A stretch of DNA of 64,000 nucleotides, from positions 159,179 to 223,178 of the forward strand of contig OZ245011.1 of assembly GCA_965223665.1 (NCBI GenBank). Reading direction: 5' to 3'. Source of the DNA: Nitrospinaceae bacterium (lineage in GTDB: Bacteria; Nitrospinota; Nitrospinia; Nitrospinales; Nitrospinaceae). Position numbers and translations under genes: made by a program. The notes beneath the pieces were generated by a model. That model saw only the letters and a list, made by a program, of their open reading frames with translations. It did no database searches and had not been told where the DNA came from. This document shows, in pieces, positions 1 to 10,314 of the stretch. Each line of letters starts with the position of its first letter. Position 1 is the first letter of the stretch.

Positions 1-1382
1 TTCTTGGTATAAGTAATTTTTTCTGCGCCATACATTTTGTTTGCTACTTTCCAAATTTTAGTTTTTACGTCTTCTTCCCAAGAGTAAAGAGGGCAAAAAG
101 GTTCTGATTCTTTTTCAGCATATTTCATTACGGTTTCTGCTAATTCAATAGCACCTTCCCCTCCTTTTTCAAAATGATTTGCAACAGCGAAAGGAACTTT
201 TAGTGATTCCTCGCAATGTTTACGAACAATATCAATTTCCTCGAGGGTGTCATTGCTGAATTTATTTAAGCAAACGACAGGGGGTTCGCAAAATTGTTTA
301 ATGTTTTCTACATGTTTGTCCAAATTTGCCAATCCTTTTTGAATGGCTTGAGGGTTGACTTGACTAAGTTCGTTCTTAGTAATCCCTCCGTGCATTTTTA
401 ACGCTCTGCAAGTCGCTACTAAAACTACGGCAGCTGTATCTAATTTGGCACTTTGGCATTTAATGTCAAAAAACTTTTCTGCTCCTAAATCAAACCCAAA
501 CCCTGCTTCTGTAATAGCCCAATTTGCGAGACTCATAGCCATTCTGGTGGCTATTACGGAATTACATCCATGGGCAATATTTGCAAATGGTCCTCCATGG
601 ACAAAAGTGGGTACTCCTTCTGAGGTTTGGACTAAGTTTGGTAACAAGGCATCCTTTAATAATGCTGTCATGGCACCTGTTGCTTTTAAATTTGATGCTT
701 TAACAGGTTCACCTTCATATGTGAATCCAACTAAAATCCGATCGATCCTTTTTTTTAAATCTTCAAAGCTTTCTGCAAGACAAAGGATAGCCATGATTTC
801 AGACGCAGCTGTTATATCAAAACCTCCTTCTCTGGGAATTCCTTGAAGGACGCCCCCAAGTCCAAGGATTATATTCCGAAGTGACCTGTCATTCATATCA
901 ATCACCCGTTTCCAAGTGATTCTCCGAGGGTCAACACGTTGTTCTTTTTCTTCTCTGTAAATTCGATTGTCCAGTAAAGCGGCAAGTAAATTATTTGCTG
1001 AAGTTACTGCATGAAAGTCACCTGTAAAATGTAAATTGATTTCATCTGCAGGAATTAATTGGCTTTTTCCTCCACCCGTCGCCCCTCCTTTCATACCCAA
1101 ACATGGCCCCAAGGAGGGTTCCCTTAGGGCTAAACATACTGATTTATTTAGTTTTGCAAAAGCTTGTCCCAGCCCGATTGTCGTTGTAGTTTTTCCCTCC
1201 CCTGCGGGAGTGGGCGTGATTGCAGAGACAAGAATGAGTTTTCCTTTTTTAGCCGTCTTATCCAAAACATTTAATAAAACTTTGGCTTTTTGATTTCCAT
1301 AAAGAAGGTAATCCTCTGGATTTAAGCCTAATTTTTCTGCAATTTTTTGAATGTCCTCACCTGCAATGTTTTTCATGCTCAT
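1..1382 (-). CDS. fhs: Formate--tetrahydrofolate ligase. The N-terminal ~460 aa are present and the C-terminus runs off the left edge of the window.
   Basis: The ORF track omits it because it is edge-truncated. My own minus-strand translation from the ATG at 1382..1380 gives MSMKNIAGEDIQKIAEKLGL...LVSAITPTPAGEGKTTTTIGL...EPSLGPCLGMKGGATGGG...VHGGPFANIAHGCNS, which are typical FTHFS core motifs. Its start overlaps the upstream stop in an ATGA. Confidence 0.9.
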   Translation of the reverse strand, partial: MSMKNIAGEDIQKIAEKLGLNPEDYLLYGNQKAKVLLNVLDKTAKKGKLILVSAITPTPAGEGKTTTTIGLGQAFAKLNKSVCLALREPSLGPCLGMKGGATGGGKSQLIPADEINLHFTGDFHAVTSANNLLAALLDNRIYREEKEQRVDPRRITWKRVIDMNDRSLRNIILGLGGVLQGIPREGGFDITAASEIMAILCLAESFEDLKKRIDRILVGFTYEGEPVKASNLKATGAMTALLKDALLPNLVQTSEGVPTFVHGGPFANIAHGCNSVIATRMAMSLANWAITEAGFGFDLGAEKFFDIKCQSAKLDTAAVVLVATCRALKMHGGITKNELSQVNPQAIQKGLANLDKHVENIKQFCEPPVVCLNKFSNDTLEEIDIVRKHCEESLKVPFAVANHFEKGGEGAIELAETVMKYAEKESEPFCPLYSWEEDVKTKIWKVANKMYGAEKITYTK

Positions 1383-1996
1383 GGGTTAAATTTTTCCTGA
1401 GTTAAAAATTGAATTAGTTTAGGGTCCTCAAACATTTTTTTCAATGTAAAGGAGAGACCATCATTTATAAATTGCTCATTCATAAATTTTCCAGAGAGAG
1501 CTTTTTGTGACTTGTTTTTAATAGTTGTGTATTTATTCTTAAAAAAATATTTTTGATTTTTTGCCGTAACCTTTAATAAAACCGTGAGTTGAGCAAAAAT
1601 TGTGGGAAGTTTTAAACTTAAGTTTTCACTTTTGTAATTCAATTGAAGTTTGGCTAAGTCAACGCGAATTTTTTTATTTGCTTTAGTGCTTTGTCTTGTT
1701 ATTCTAAAACCCATTTTTTGAAATCCTTCCTCTACTTTGTCGTAAACTGCGTCCTTAACACTGGAGCCAGGGTATATATTAATGGTTTGGAATGATCTTT
1801 TTTTCCCTTTTAGTCCTGATTGACTTTTATAAATTGCCCCCTGTGGTCGGGTATCAATAACTTGAATGGCTAAAATTGAATTTTTTCCTAATTGGGAGGG
1901 TTTGACAAAGACATGAGGTCGAATATCAACTTTGTGATCATGGGTGCAGGCTAAAATTAAAGCCATAATTGGAATATACTTTAACCAATTATTCAT
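1379..1996 (-). CDS. Putative lipoprotein of unknown function (possibly YajG-like)
   Basis: The N-terminus MNNWLKYIPIMALILAC carries a lipobox-like L-I-L-A-C. The rest is K-rich and soluble. Its stop overlaps the fhs start (ATGA). Confidence 0.55.
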   Translation of the reverse strand: MNNWLKYIPIMALILACTHDHKVDIRPHVFVKPSQLGKNSILAIQVIDTRPQGAIYKSQSGLKGKKRSFQTINIYPGSSVKDAVYDKVEEGFQKMGFRITRQSTKANKKIRVDLAKLQLNYKSENLSLKLPTIFAQLTVLLKVTAKNQKYFFKNKYTTIKNKSQKALSGKFMNEQFINDGLSFTLKKMFEDPKLIQFLTQEKFNP

Positions 1997-2001
1997 TTGC
2001 C

Positions 2002-2529
2002 CTATTCCAATTTATGAATACTTGTGTGAAAATCACTTTGAATTTTTCTTCTAAACAAATCCCTACGGCTGATTAGCCGATCTAAAAATAAAAGACCATT
2101 AAGATGATCCATTTCATGTAAAACGGCTCGGGCTTCATATCGTTCCATTTTATATTTTTGTGGTTGTCCAAAAGGATCTTTGGCTGTTAGAGTAATGAAT
2201 TTAGCGCGCTCCACATTTCCAATATATTCTGGTACCGATAAGCATCCCTCTTTTCCTACAGATCTTCCACTTTGTGAAACGATTTGAGGATTGATTAAAA
2301 TCATTTTACCATGGTGTTTGATATTTGGTTTACCAGAAACATCTACAATAATGATTTGCTGGAAGCGACCTACCTGAGGAGCGGCAATACCTACACTTCC
2401 TGGGCTTGCGAGCATTGTTTCTTCTAAACTTGAAATAAATTCTCGAATTTCTTCGTCAAAAATATTAACGGGCTTGGAAATCTGCTTCAGCCTTGGGTCA
2501 GGGTAAGTTAATATTTTTAGTAAGGCCAT
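2002..2529 (-). CDS. def: Peptide deformylase
   Basis: All three PDF motifs are present: GIAAPQVG, EGCLSVP and HEMDHLNG. Confidence 0.95.
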   Translation of the reverse strand: MALLKILTYPDPRLKQISKPVNIFDEEIREFISSLEETMLASPGSVGIAAPQVGRFQQIIIVDVSGKPNIKHHGKMILINPQIVSQSGRSVGKEGCLSVPEYIGNVERAKFITLTAKDPFGQPQKYKMERYEARAVLHEMDHLNGLLFLDRLISRRDLFRRKIQSDFHTSIHKLE

Positions 2530-2534
2530 TTTTA

Positions 2535-3059
2535 TTAACCTAGCATAATATCAATGGGTTCAATTTTTGTTTCTAAATTTTTTTCTGAGGAAATTTGTTT
2601 TAATGTCTCTTCTACTAACCTATAGCCTTTCGTAGCAATCCCATCTATTTGCATTATGTAAATTGGGCTATCAATGGAACCTCCTACATCAGTTTCTAAA
2701 TTTAAAATGTTTAAACCGCTTTCTGCTAATACGTTGGTGACTTCGGCGACAATTCCAGTTCGATCAGCCCCAAATACTGTAATTCGCACGTCGGGCTCGA
2801 GATGTTTTAGTAACTCCCCTTCAATTTCATCTAAATGAAAATTCAATTTAAGTGATTTGGAAATAGGAGTTAAGAGATCTGTTAAACTTTGGCTAGAAAG
2901 ATTGGTACAAACCATCAGCATTATTGAAAAATTGCCTCCTAATCTTGCCATTGAGGCTTCGCCTAAATTGCAGTTGCCTTTATAAAGTGTTTTTGTGATT
3001 TTTGCTACGATTCCAGGTTGGTCTTTTCCTACTAACGTAAGCATGTACCAGGTTTTCAT
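2535..3059 (-). CDS. Tandem ACT-domain protein (GcvR-like regulatory protein)
   Basis: Two ACT-like units are present: LTLVGKDQPGIVAKIT and ITVFGADRTGIVAEVT. The ORF opens at a TTG at 3092, but the ATG at 3059 (MKTWYMLTLVG) gives the usual N-terminus. Confidence 0.75.
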   Translation of the reverse strand: MKTWYMLTLVGKDQPGIVAKITKTLYKGNCNLGEASMARLGGNFSIMLMVCTNLSSQSLTDLLTPISKSLKLNFHLDEIEGELLKHLEPDVRITVFGADRTGIVAEVTNVLAESGLNILNLETDVGGSIDSPIYIMQIDGIATKGYRLVEETLKQISSEKNLETKIEPIDIMLG

Positions 3060-3181
3060 AATCTGTTCCAAAAGGTAAACTGTTTTCGTCAAAGAAGTAT
3101 TTAATTGAATATGATTATTTTAAATTACAAGAAAAAATAAGTTTGTCAAGGGATGGGGTATTGGTATGTTTGGAAAAAGAT

Positions 3182-3922
<741 letters not shown>

Positions 3923-3987
3923 TTATATTTTAAACTGTTATAAAATTAAAGATACTAATGTTAAGGTTTTAAATTCCAATAGTTTGG

Positions 3988-4016
3988 TTTAAAGGCCTTT
4001 GTAATTTTGCTATAAT
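3988..4016 (+). promoter_or_regulatory. Candidate sigma70 promoter (TTTAAA, 17-nt spacer, TATAAT)
   Basis: TTTAAA at 3988..3993 and a perfect TATAAT at 4011..4016 are separated by 17 nt. The pair lies ~55 nt upstream of the ATG at 4071. Confidence 0.35.
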
Positions 4017-4070
4017 TCTTTTGGTAATAAAGGAAAGTTGAAAAGTCGATTATATCCGGAGAATCTCGAA

Positions 4071-4361
4071 ATGAGTTCTAATAAGTTAGATGTTATCTGC
4101 CCATGCTGTGAAGCTCGTTTACAGGTAGATAAGAAAACGGGCGAAGTATTGTGGAAAGAAGAAAAGAAAAAAGAACATGGTTCTTTGTCAGATATGGTGA
4201 AAAACTTAGATTCTCAAAGGAAAGAAGCGGAATCTTTATTTAAACAGCGAAGCGAAATTGAAAAAGACCGAACTCGAATTTTAGATGAGAAGTTTAAAGA
4301 AGCTCAAAAGAATGTAGATAAAACTGATGATAAACCATTAAGAGATTTTGACTTAGATTGA
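4071..4361 (+). CDS. Small zinc-ribbon / coiled-coil protein, function unknown
   Basis: A CPCC-x14-GEV ribbon-like N-terminus (VICPCCEARLQVDKKTGEV) is followed by a K/E-rich helical tail. GGAGA lies ~10 nt upstream of the ATG at 4071. The ORF track opens earlier, at a TTG at 4038. Confidence 0.5.
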   Translation: MSSNKLDVICPCCEARLQVDKKTGEVLWKEEKKKEHGSLSDMVKNLDSQRKEAESLFKQRSEIEKDRTRILDEKFKEAQKNVDKTDDKPLRDFDLD

Positions 4362-4362
4362 T

Positions 4363-5127
4363 TTATAATTCTATTTCCAAACCATCATAAGCCAATTCTA
4401 CATTATCAGGTAATTCATTACTTACTGTTTTGTGGTCGTAGGTATGGTTAATATGAGTCAAAAATGTGCGTTTAGGTTTTAAGTTTGAGACCACCTCTAA
4501 AGCTTCAGATAAACAAAAGTGCGTTGGATGTGGTTTAAATCCAACCGAATTAATTATTAAGGTATCCAATCCTATTAGCGAGTTTTTGGATTCCTTAGGT
4601 ATTCCACTTCCATCCGTTATATAAGCCATATTTCCAAACCTATAACCTAAAATAGTCAGACTTCCATGGTTTATTGGGATAGGGGTTATAAGAGTATCCT
4701 TCAATTCAAAGGGTTTATTTTCAACGGTATGTAAAACTAATTGTGGAATCCCACCTCCTTCTGGTCGGTTCCCATTAAATATATATCCAAAGTTTTTCTT
4801 TATCATAGATAAGGTAACTTCATTCCCATAGCAAGGGATAACGGCCTTATTGAAAAAATTAAAGCACCTTAATTCATCAATTCCATGAACATGATCTGCA
4901 TGGTGATGAGTGTATAAAACAGCCTCTATATGAGTTATGTTATAACGTAAGCATTGTTGCCGTAAGTCAGTGGAAGTGTCTACCAGAAAGTTAGCCCCAT
5001 TATTTTGTATTAATATTGATGCTCTTAATCGCTTATTAAATGGGTCTTCGGATTGGCATACCTCACAACTACAACATAAAGAGGGAACTCCAGTGGAGGT
5101 TCCTGAGCCTAAAAAAATAATTTTCAT
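4363..5127 (-). CDS. MBL-fold metallo-hydrolase (PhnP-like family)
   Basis: It has the HHHADH metal motif and an N-terminal FLGSGTSTGVPSLCCSCEVC zinc-knuckle typical of PhnP-like MBL proteins. Confidence 0.8.
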   Translation of the reverse strand: MKIIFLGSGTSTGVPSLCCSCEVCQSEDPFNKRLRASILIQNNGANFLVDTSTDLRQQCLRYNITHIEAVLYTHHHADHVHGIDELRCFNFFNKAVIPCYGNEVTLSMIKKNFGYIFNGNRPEGGGIPQLVLHTVENKPFELKDTLITPIPINHGSLTILGYRFGNMAYITDGSGIPKESKNSLIGLDTLIINSVGFKPHPTHFCLSEALEVVSNLKPKRTFLTHINHTYDHKTVSNELPDNVELAYDGLEIEL

Positions 5128-5131
5128 AAAA

Positions 5132-6031
5132 TTAATGCTTCATATTGCAAAGGACTTCTGAGGAGCCGCAGGGATTGATTTCAAATTGTATCGTAGAATG
5201 GGTGATATTAAATTTTTCCTGTAAGAGTCTTTTGGCATCTTGTAATATTTTTTCAGCCTGATGAATTTTTTGAGCTTTGATCAATGCATGGGTGCTAAGA
5301 GCATAAATATTGGAACAAATACACCAAATGTGTAGCTCATGAATATCTTGAATTTCAGGTAATGAAGACAGTTCATTTTTAACTTCGGAAAGAGAAATTC
5401 CTTTTGGAACCCCCTCTAGTAAAATATGTACTGAATCGGCAATTATTTTCTTTGCAATATGGATTAAAAATAGGGAGATGGAAATTGCAATGATGGAATC
5501 GAGGAGGTACCAATTGGTAAACCACATAATCAAGCCTCCTGAAATGACTGCCACGGAAGATAAGGTGTCCCCTAAAACGTGAAAGAAAGCCCCCTTTACA
5601 TTTAGGTCTTGTCCATGGTTGGCATGAGCGGCATCCTTTAGAAAATAGATTACTGCCAGGTTAGCTGCTAATCCAATGAGAGCAACCCAAATTAATGTGA
5701 CACTTTGTACTTCCTGGGGGTTTTGAAACCGCTCATAGGCTTGCCAAGCTATTCCAAGTGCCATGGCTAAAAGAAGGAGACCGTTAATAAAAGCGGCAAA
5801 AATCTCCATCCGATGATATCCATAAGTTTTGGTGCTGGTAGAGGGTTGGGCGGCAATTTTTAAAGCAAACCAACTCAATCCTAAGGAAAAGGAATCTGTA
5901 AGCATATGAGCAGCATCGCTAATAAGAGCCAAGCTATTGGAAATAACTCCCCCTACGACCTGTACGCCCATTATCAAAAGGGTAAGTATTAGGGCAAATT
6001 TCAATCTATTTTGGACAGAATGGGTATCCAA
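5132..6031 (-). CDS. Cation diffusion facilitator family transporter (CzcD/ZitB-like)
   Basis: It has six predicted TM segments, the HMLTDS and HVLGDT metal-site motifs, and a C-terminal cytoplasmic domain. The start codon is TTG. Confidence 0.88.
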   Translation of the reverse strand: MDTHSVQNRLKFALILTLLIMGVQVVGGVISNSLALISDAAHMLTDSFSLGLSWFALKIAAQPSTSTKTYGYHRMEIFAAFINGLLLLAMALGIAWQAYERFQNPQEVQSVTLIWVALIGLAANLAVIYFLKDAAHANHGQDLNVKGAFFHVLGDTLSSVAVISGGLIMWFTNWYLLDSIIAISISLFLIHIAKKIIADSVHILLEGVPKGISLSEVKNELSSLPEIQDIHELHIWCICSNIYALSTHALIKAQKIHQAEKILQDAKRLLQEKFNITHSTIQFEINPCGSSEVLCNMKH

Positions 6032-6218
6032 CTTTTTCCTGAATGCAAACGTTATTAGAAAAAAAAATTGCCATATAATCTGATTAGTTCTTTTTTCATT
6101 TTATGGTGGAGTTGGATACCTGTCAAGAATGACCTCACGATGTTTCTCGTTGATTGCCAAATCCAGGCAGTTAAACTATTAGAACAATGTTGGCAAAGTA
6201 TTGATTAGGAAAATTGGA

Positions 6219-6551
6219 ATGTTAAGTTATTGGTGGATAGGTTTTCTATTATCTATAATTTGGGGAATAATTGTAGGATTCTGGATATATGCAAGGTTTT
6301 TATCAAAACTCCGTGATCAGCACCCTAGTCAATATTTAATGCTAGGATCTCCCACCCTGTTAAATCGTTCTATTCGGAAGGGTATTGCACTACAGAAGTT
6401 TATTTACAGTTCTCAAATTAATTCATTGAATGACCATGAGTTATTAAAAGACTGTTGGTTTATACGCTGGTTCAATATTATTCTAATTGGGACAGTTTTC
6501 ATTTGCTTTATTTTTGGTCTTGTCAATACGTTTAATGTTGTAAAGGGGTAA
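6219..6551 (+). CDS. Hypothetical small membrane protein
   Basis: Two strongly hydrophobic segments (WWIGFLLSIIWGIIVGFWIY and IILIGTVFICFIFGLV) are present, with no recognisable family. The ORF track opens at a TTG at 6201. Confidence 0.4.
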   Translation: MLSYWWIGFLLSIIWGIIVGFWIYARFLSKLRDQHPSQYLMLGSPTLLNRSIRKGIALQKFIYSSQINSLNDHELLKDCWFIRWFNIILIGTVFICFIFGLVNTFNVVKG

Positions 6552-6669
6552 ATTTCTTCAAATAAAAAGATTCTATAAATGGGATATAAAGGGAATTGAA
6601 TCAAGGTGGATTTTTTGCTAGATTATATCCCCTCATCTGATTTTTTATCTCATATATAGGAGTGAAAAT

Positions 6670-7257
6670 ATGTCAACTTTAGTTGCCCAACCGGCGCCTG
6701 ATTTTTCTGCCCAAGCCGTGATGGCAGACGGGTCTTTTAAGGAGATCAAGCTTTCGGATTACCGTGGCAAATACGTTATTCTTTTCTTTTATCCTTTGGA
6801 TTTTACTTTCGTATGTCCTACCGAAATTATTGCATTCAGCGAAAAAATTGCTGATTTTAAAAGCCGAAATGCAGAGGTTTTGGGTGTTTCTATAGATAGT
6901 CAATTTTCTCATTTGGCTTGGAGAAATACAGACCGTAAAAAAGGTGGATTAGGGAATATTGATTATCCATTAATTGCCGATATTGATAAAAATATTAGTC
7001 GAGATTATGGTGTTCTCGCTGATGGTGGAATTGCTTTTAGGGGATTATTTTTAATTGATAAAGAAGGAACCGTTCAGCATGCCTTGGTAAATAATTTGCC
7101 CCTTGGCCGTAATGTGAATGAGGCCCTTCGAATGATAGATGCTTTACAGCACCATGAAAATCATGGGGAAGTTTGTCCTGCGAATTGGGAAAAAGGTGAA
7201 GACGCCATGAAACCAGGCCCCAGTGAATCTCAAGAATACTTCGAAAAGCATAATTAA
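6670..7257 (+). CDS. ahpC: Typical 2-Cys peroxiredoxin (AhpC/Tsa family)
   Basis: The peroxidatic motif is FTFVCPTE and the resolving Cys lies in EVCPANW. AGGAG sits upstream of the ATG. Confidence 0.93.
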   Translation: MSTLVAQPAPDFSAQAVMADGSFKEIKLSDYRGKYVILFFYPLDFTFVCPTEIIAFSEKIADFKSRNAEVLGVSIDSQFSHLAWRNTDRKKGGLGNIDYPLIADIDKNISRDYGVLADGGIAFRGLFLIDKEGTVQHALVNNLPLGRNVNEALRMIDALQHHENHGEVCPANWEKGEDAMKPGPSESQEYFEKHN

Positions 7258-7299
7258 TTTTGGCCTAACTTTTAACCAGTAAATTTAAAAAAGAGAAAA

Positions 7300-7327
7300 G
7301 GCGGAGCCTCTTGGCCCCGCCTTTTTT
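7300..7327 (+). terminator. Rho-independent terminator after the peroxiredoxin gene
   Basis: The hairpin is GGCGGAGCC-tctt-GGCCCCGCC followed by TTTTTT. The T-tract ends 1 nt before the surE ATG. Confidence 0.7.
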
Positions 7328-8092
7328 ATGCATATGATTTTATTAACAAATGATGATGGATTCTATGCAAAAGGTATCCAAAGCCTTTGGCAAGAACTAT
7401 CTGCAGTTGATGATGTTGTAATTATTGCCCCTGATGCAGAACAGAGTGCAGTGGGACATGCCATAACCTTATCTAATCCTTTAAAAGTTCAAAAAGTTGA
7501 ACCAGAGGGAAAATTGGTTGGTTACATGGTGAATGGGACTCCCGCTGATTGCGTTAAAATCGGAATCACTGAATTACTGGAGGAGCCTCCTGATATTGTT
7601 ATTTCTGGAATTAATCAAGGGGGAAATTTAGGAACGTGTGCTATTTATTCGGGGACAGTTTCGGCTGCCACAGAAGCTGCAATAATGGGCATTCCTTCCA
7701 TTGCCGTTTCATTAAATTCGTTTGAGTTTTTTGACTTTTCTTCTGCCGGATCTTTTGTACGACAATTTTATCCACAAGTTATCGAGAGAGGACTTCCTGA
7801 AGGAGTCTCCTTAAATATTAATGTGCCTGCAATCAAGCGGGAAGATATTCGAGGTGTGGTATTTACTCGTCAGGGAAAATCTAGAGTGATAGAAACATTC
7901 GATAAACGGGTAGATCCAAGAAATAATGTTTACTATTGGTTGGCAGGGGAGATGAAGTTTGAAGAAGCGGATCCGGGTACGGACTGCGAAATGGTTTTGG
8001 AAAATTACATTTCAATAACTCCAATCCACTTTGATCTTACTCATTATAAAACTTTAGAGTTGCTAAAAAGTTGGAAGATCTCTTTTGATTAA
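7328..8092 (+). CDS. surE: 5'/3'-nucleotidase SurE
   Basis: The N-terminal ILLTNDDG and the GINQGGNLG motif are typical of SurE. An alternative ATG lies at 7334. Confidence 0.9.
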   Translation: MHMILLTNDDGFYAKGIQSLWQELSAVDDVVIIAPDAEQSAVGHAITLSNPLKVQKVEPEGKLVGYMVNGTPADCVKIGITELLEEPPDIVISGINQGGNLGTCAIYSGTVSAATEAAIMGIPSIAVSLNSFEFFDFSSAGSFVRQFYPQVIERGLPEGVSLNINVPAIKREDIRGVVFTRQGKSRVIETFDKRVDPRNNVYYWLAGEMKFEEADPGTDCEMVLENYISITPIHFDLTHYKTLELLKSWKISFD

Positions 8093-8122
8093 TTGCAGAA
8101 CCAATAAGAAAGTAATTCAACT

Positions 8123-8161
8123 AAAAAAATAGCGAACTAAGGTAGAACCCTAATTCGCTAT
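8123..8161. terminator. Bidirectional hairpin terminator between convergent surE and pnp
   Basis: The TAGCGAA...TTCGCTA stem is flanked by AAAAAAA on the left (a T-tract for the minus-strand pnp transcript) and by TTTCTCTT on the right. Confidence 0.55.
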
Positions 8162-8183
8162 TTCTCTTATAAAAATTAGATGA

Positions 8184-10286
8184 TTATGATTGTGCCGCTG
8201 CAGCTTCTTCTCGCATAGCCTCTTTACGGCTGAGTTTGACTTTTCCATTGCGGTCTACATCAATTACCTTAACTACAATCTCATCACCCTCCTGAATTTC
8301 ATCGCTAACCCGTTTGATTCGACGATCACATATTTGGGAAATGTGAACCAATCCATCTGTGCCGGGAAAGATTTCAACAAATGCTCCGAAATCCATTATT
8401 TTCTTAACTTTCCCTAGATAAATTTTTCCGATTTCGACTTCTTGGATCAGGTTGTTAATTCGGTTGATTGCATCATCGGAACCTCCTGCATCACTGGAGG
8501 CAATGGTGACTAAACCATCATCATTGATATCGATAGATACACCAGTTTTTTCAATAATGTCTTTAATAACTTTTCCACCTGGGCCAATAACGTCTCGAAT
8601 CTTATCGGTTGGGACTTTCATGGTAGTGATTCGCGGAGCAAATTGTGACATCTCCTCTCTTGGTGTCTCAAGGGCTTGTGCCATTTCATCCAAGATGTGG
8701 AAACGCCCATCCTTTGCTTGTTGAAGAGCTGTTGCCATAAGTTCTTTGGTCAAGCCTCCAATTTTAATATCCATTTGTAAAGCAGTAATTCCCTTGCGAG
8801 TTCCAGCAACTTTAAAGTCCATATCTCCTAGATGATCTTCATCACCCAAAATGTCAGATAAAATTGCTACGCGATCATCTTCTTTTATTAGCCCCATGGC
8901 GATACCAGCAACAGGCGATGTTAATGGAACACCTGCGTCCATCATAGATAGTGCCCCACCGCAAACCGAAGCCATTGAAGAAGAGCCGTTGGATTCTAAG
9001 ATTTCGGAAACAAGTCTGATTGTGTAGGGAAAAGTCTCTTTTGATGGTAGAACTGGGATCAATGACCGTTCAGCAAGCATACCATGTCCAATTTCCCTTC
9101 TTCCAGGATTGGCCATGAATTTAACTTCTCCGGTACAAAATCCCGGGAAATTATAATGAAGCATAAATGATTTGTTGCCACGAAATTCAAGATTGTCCAT
9201 TCGTTGTTCATCGGATACGGTTCCTAAAGTTGTAGCAACTAAGGCTTGTGTTTCACCTCGGGTGAATATGGCGGATCCATGAACTCTCGGGAGATAACCG
9301 ACTTGGCAGTTGATTGGGCGAATATCAGTCAAGCCTCTGCCATCAATGCGAACTTTTTTCTCTAATATCATCTCACGCATGGATTCTTTTTCAATACCAT
9401 GAAAGATTTCGCTTAACTCGGATTGCAAATCCTCATCACCTTCTGGATTAATATTTTGAGCCATTGCTTCTGCTGCATTTGTCAAAGCCTCTTTGCGCTC
9501 TTTTTTATCGGCAATTTGCATGGCAGATTCAACACTGGCTTGAGTGGTAGTTTTAACTTTGGTGATTAGCTCTTCGTTTTTTTCGGGAATTTCGACTGGT
9601 GCCTTTTCTTTGCCAATCATTTCTCTAAACTTAATTTGGAGCTCGACGATTTTCTTTATTCGATCATGCCCAAACTCTAAAGCGTTCATCATTGTTTCTT
9701 CATCTAATTCATCGGCTCCTGCTTCTACCATTACTAGAGCATCTGCGGTCCCTGCCATTAATAGATGAAGGTCGCTTTGTTTTTGTTCTTCGTAAGTTGG
9801 GTTGATTACAAACTCACCCTCAATTCTACCCACCCGAACCCCTGCAACAGGGTTTTCAAAAGGAATGTCTGAAATTAAAAGGGCAGTGGAAGCACCAGAG
9901 AGTGCAATTACATCTGGGGGATTTTCTTGGTCATGAGAAACAACTAAACAAACTACTTGAGTTTCTGTCCGAAATTCATCGGGGAAAAGAGGGCGAATAG
10001 GACGATCAATTAATCTGCTGGTTAAGGTTTCATGATCTTGGGGACGGGCTTCACGTTTTAGAAAGCCACCCGGGATTCGACCTGCTGCGTACGTTTTTTC
10101 TCGATAATCTACCGTAAGGGGGAAAAAATCAACTCCTTCTTTTGCTTGTTTCGCCATGGTTGCTGTGACAAGCACCATAGTGTCTCCATAACGGACCACA
10201 ACTGATCCGTTGGCTTGTTTGGCCAGCCATCCAGCCTCGAATGACAAAGTCTTGCCATCCAGATCCATCTCTATTTTTTGTTGCAT
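8184..10286 (-). CDS. pnp: Polyribonucleotide nucleotidyltransferase (PNPase)
   Basis: At 700 aa it has two RNase PH domains plus C-terminal KH and S1 domains (GKVKKIMDFGAFVEI). Confidence 0.97.
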   Translation of the reverse strand: MQQKIEMDLDGKTLSFEAGWLAKQANGSVVVRYGDTMVLVTATMAKQAKEGVDFFPLTVDYREKTYAAGRIPGGFLKREARPQDHETLTSRLIDRPIRPLFPDEFRTETQVVCLVVSHDQENPPDVIALSGASTALLISDIPFENPVAGVRVGRIEGEFVINPTYEEQKQSDLHLLMAGTADALVMVEAGADELDEETMMNALEFGHDRIKKIVELQIKFREMIGKEKAPVEIPEKNEELITKVKTTTQASVESAMQIADKKERKEALTNAAEAMAQNINPEGDEDLQSELSEIFHGIEKESMREMILEKKVRIDGRGLTDIRPINCQVGYLPRVHGSAIFTRGETQALVATTLGTVSDEQRMDNLEFRGNKSFMLHYNFPGFCTGEVKFMANPGRREIGHGMLAERSLIPVLPSKETFPYTIRLVSEILESNGSSSMASVCGGALSMMDAGVPLTSPVAGIAMGLIKEDDRVAILSDILGDEDHLGDMDFKVAGTRKGITALQMDIKIGGLTKELMATALQQAKDGRFHILDEMAQALETPREEMSQFAPRITTMKVPTDKIRDVIGPGGKVIKDIIEKTGVSIDINDDGLVTIASSDAGGSDDAINRINNLIQEVEIGKIYLGKVKKIMDFGAFVEIFPGTDGLVHISQICDRRIKRVSDEIQEGDEIVVKVIDVDRNGKVKLSRKEAMREEAAAAQS

Positions 10287-10314
10287 TAAATATCTCCAAT
10301 CTGTGTATCATAAT

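Noticed and set aside
445-1293. Plus-strand ORFs 445..846 (133 aa) and 1036..1293 (85 aa)
   Set aside because: Both lie antisense to and fully inside the fhs coding region, which translates cleanly on the minus strand. Their products are low-complexity with no motifs, so they are shadow ORFs.
10129-10311. A 60-aa minus-strand ORF overlapping the pnp start, plus other small internal ORFs (8190..8417, 8452..8724, 9544..9768, 14462..14665, 15839..16030, 16844..17080)
   Set aside because: All lie inside or antisense to highly conserved housekeeping genes (pnp, infB, nusA, rimP), and their products look like translated antisense sequence.
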